From the human T2T-CHM13v2.0 reference genome, Homo sapiens: a DNA stretch of 64,000 bases. The stretch lies in assembly GCF_009914755.1 (NCBI RefSeq), contig NC_060946.1; one strand, 5' to 3'. The notes beneath the pieces are model-generated. The model was not told where the DNA came from. It saw only the letters and a list, made by a program, of their open reading frames with translations, and made no database searches. Shown piece by piece: positions 63,901 through 64,000 of this stretch (positions are counted from its first letter, which is position 1; the number at the start of each line of letters is the position of its first letter). Position numbers and translations under genes: made by a program.

Positions 63901-64000
63901 GCTCTGCTTGATGGAGAGGTCTGTGGCACTGTCATGTTTTAACTTGGTGTGTGCCCAGGTTTTCTCTCAGGTAGAGAGGACCCCTGTTCCTCTGCAGTGC

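Overview
Primate genomic DNA, very likely human chr22q13.1. The proteins match human sequences as I remember them, and the gene order is FAM227A(-)/CBY1(+)/TOMM22(+)/JOSD1(-)/GTPBP1(+). The window holds three complete spliced genes, each reconstructed exon by exon with GT-AG boundaries and correct phase: CBY1 (126 aa), TOMM22 (142 aa) and JOSD1 (202 aa). It also holds the first two coding exons of GTPBP1, a probable non-coding first exon of FAM227A, and four CpG-island promoters. The rest is repeat-rich: about 70 Alu elements or fragments, old L1/L2/MIR, two MER1A, MER33, an MST LTR and a MER21 LTR. Most ORFs in the supplied track are Alu or CpG-island artefacts. I found no clearly novel protein system. 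The best candidates for under-described biology are regulatory: (i) five uAUGs in the JOSD1 leader, with an internal 3' splice site that would remove four of them; (ii) a CBY1 5'-UTR cassette exon with a strong-Kozak uORF, inside a leader that stays open in the CBY1 frame; (iii) RFX X-boxes in the CBY1/FAM227A bidirectional promoter; (iv) an Alu-split, internally deleted TMA7 retrocopy just upstream of TOMM22; (v) signals for a TOMM22-divergent antisense transcript across CBY1 that could end in an LTR poly(A) signal. Repeat family names and boundaries were assigned by eye and are approximate.
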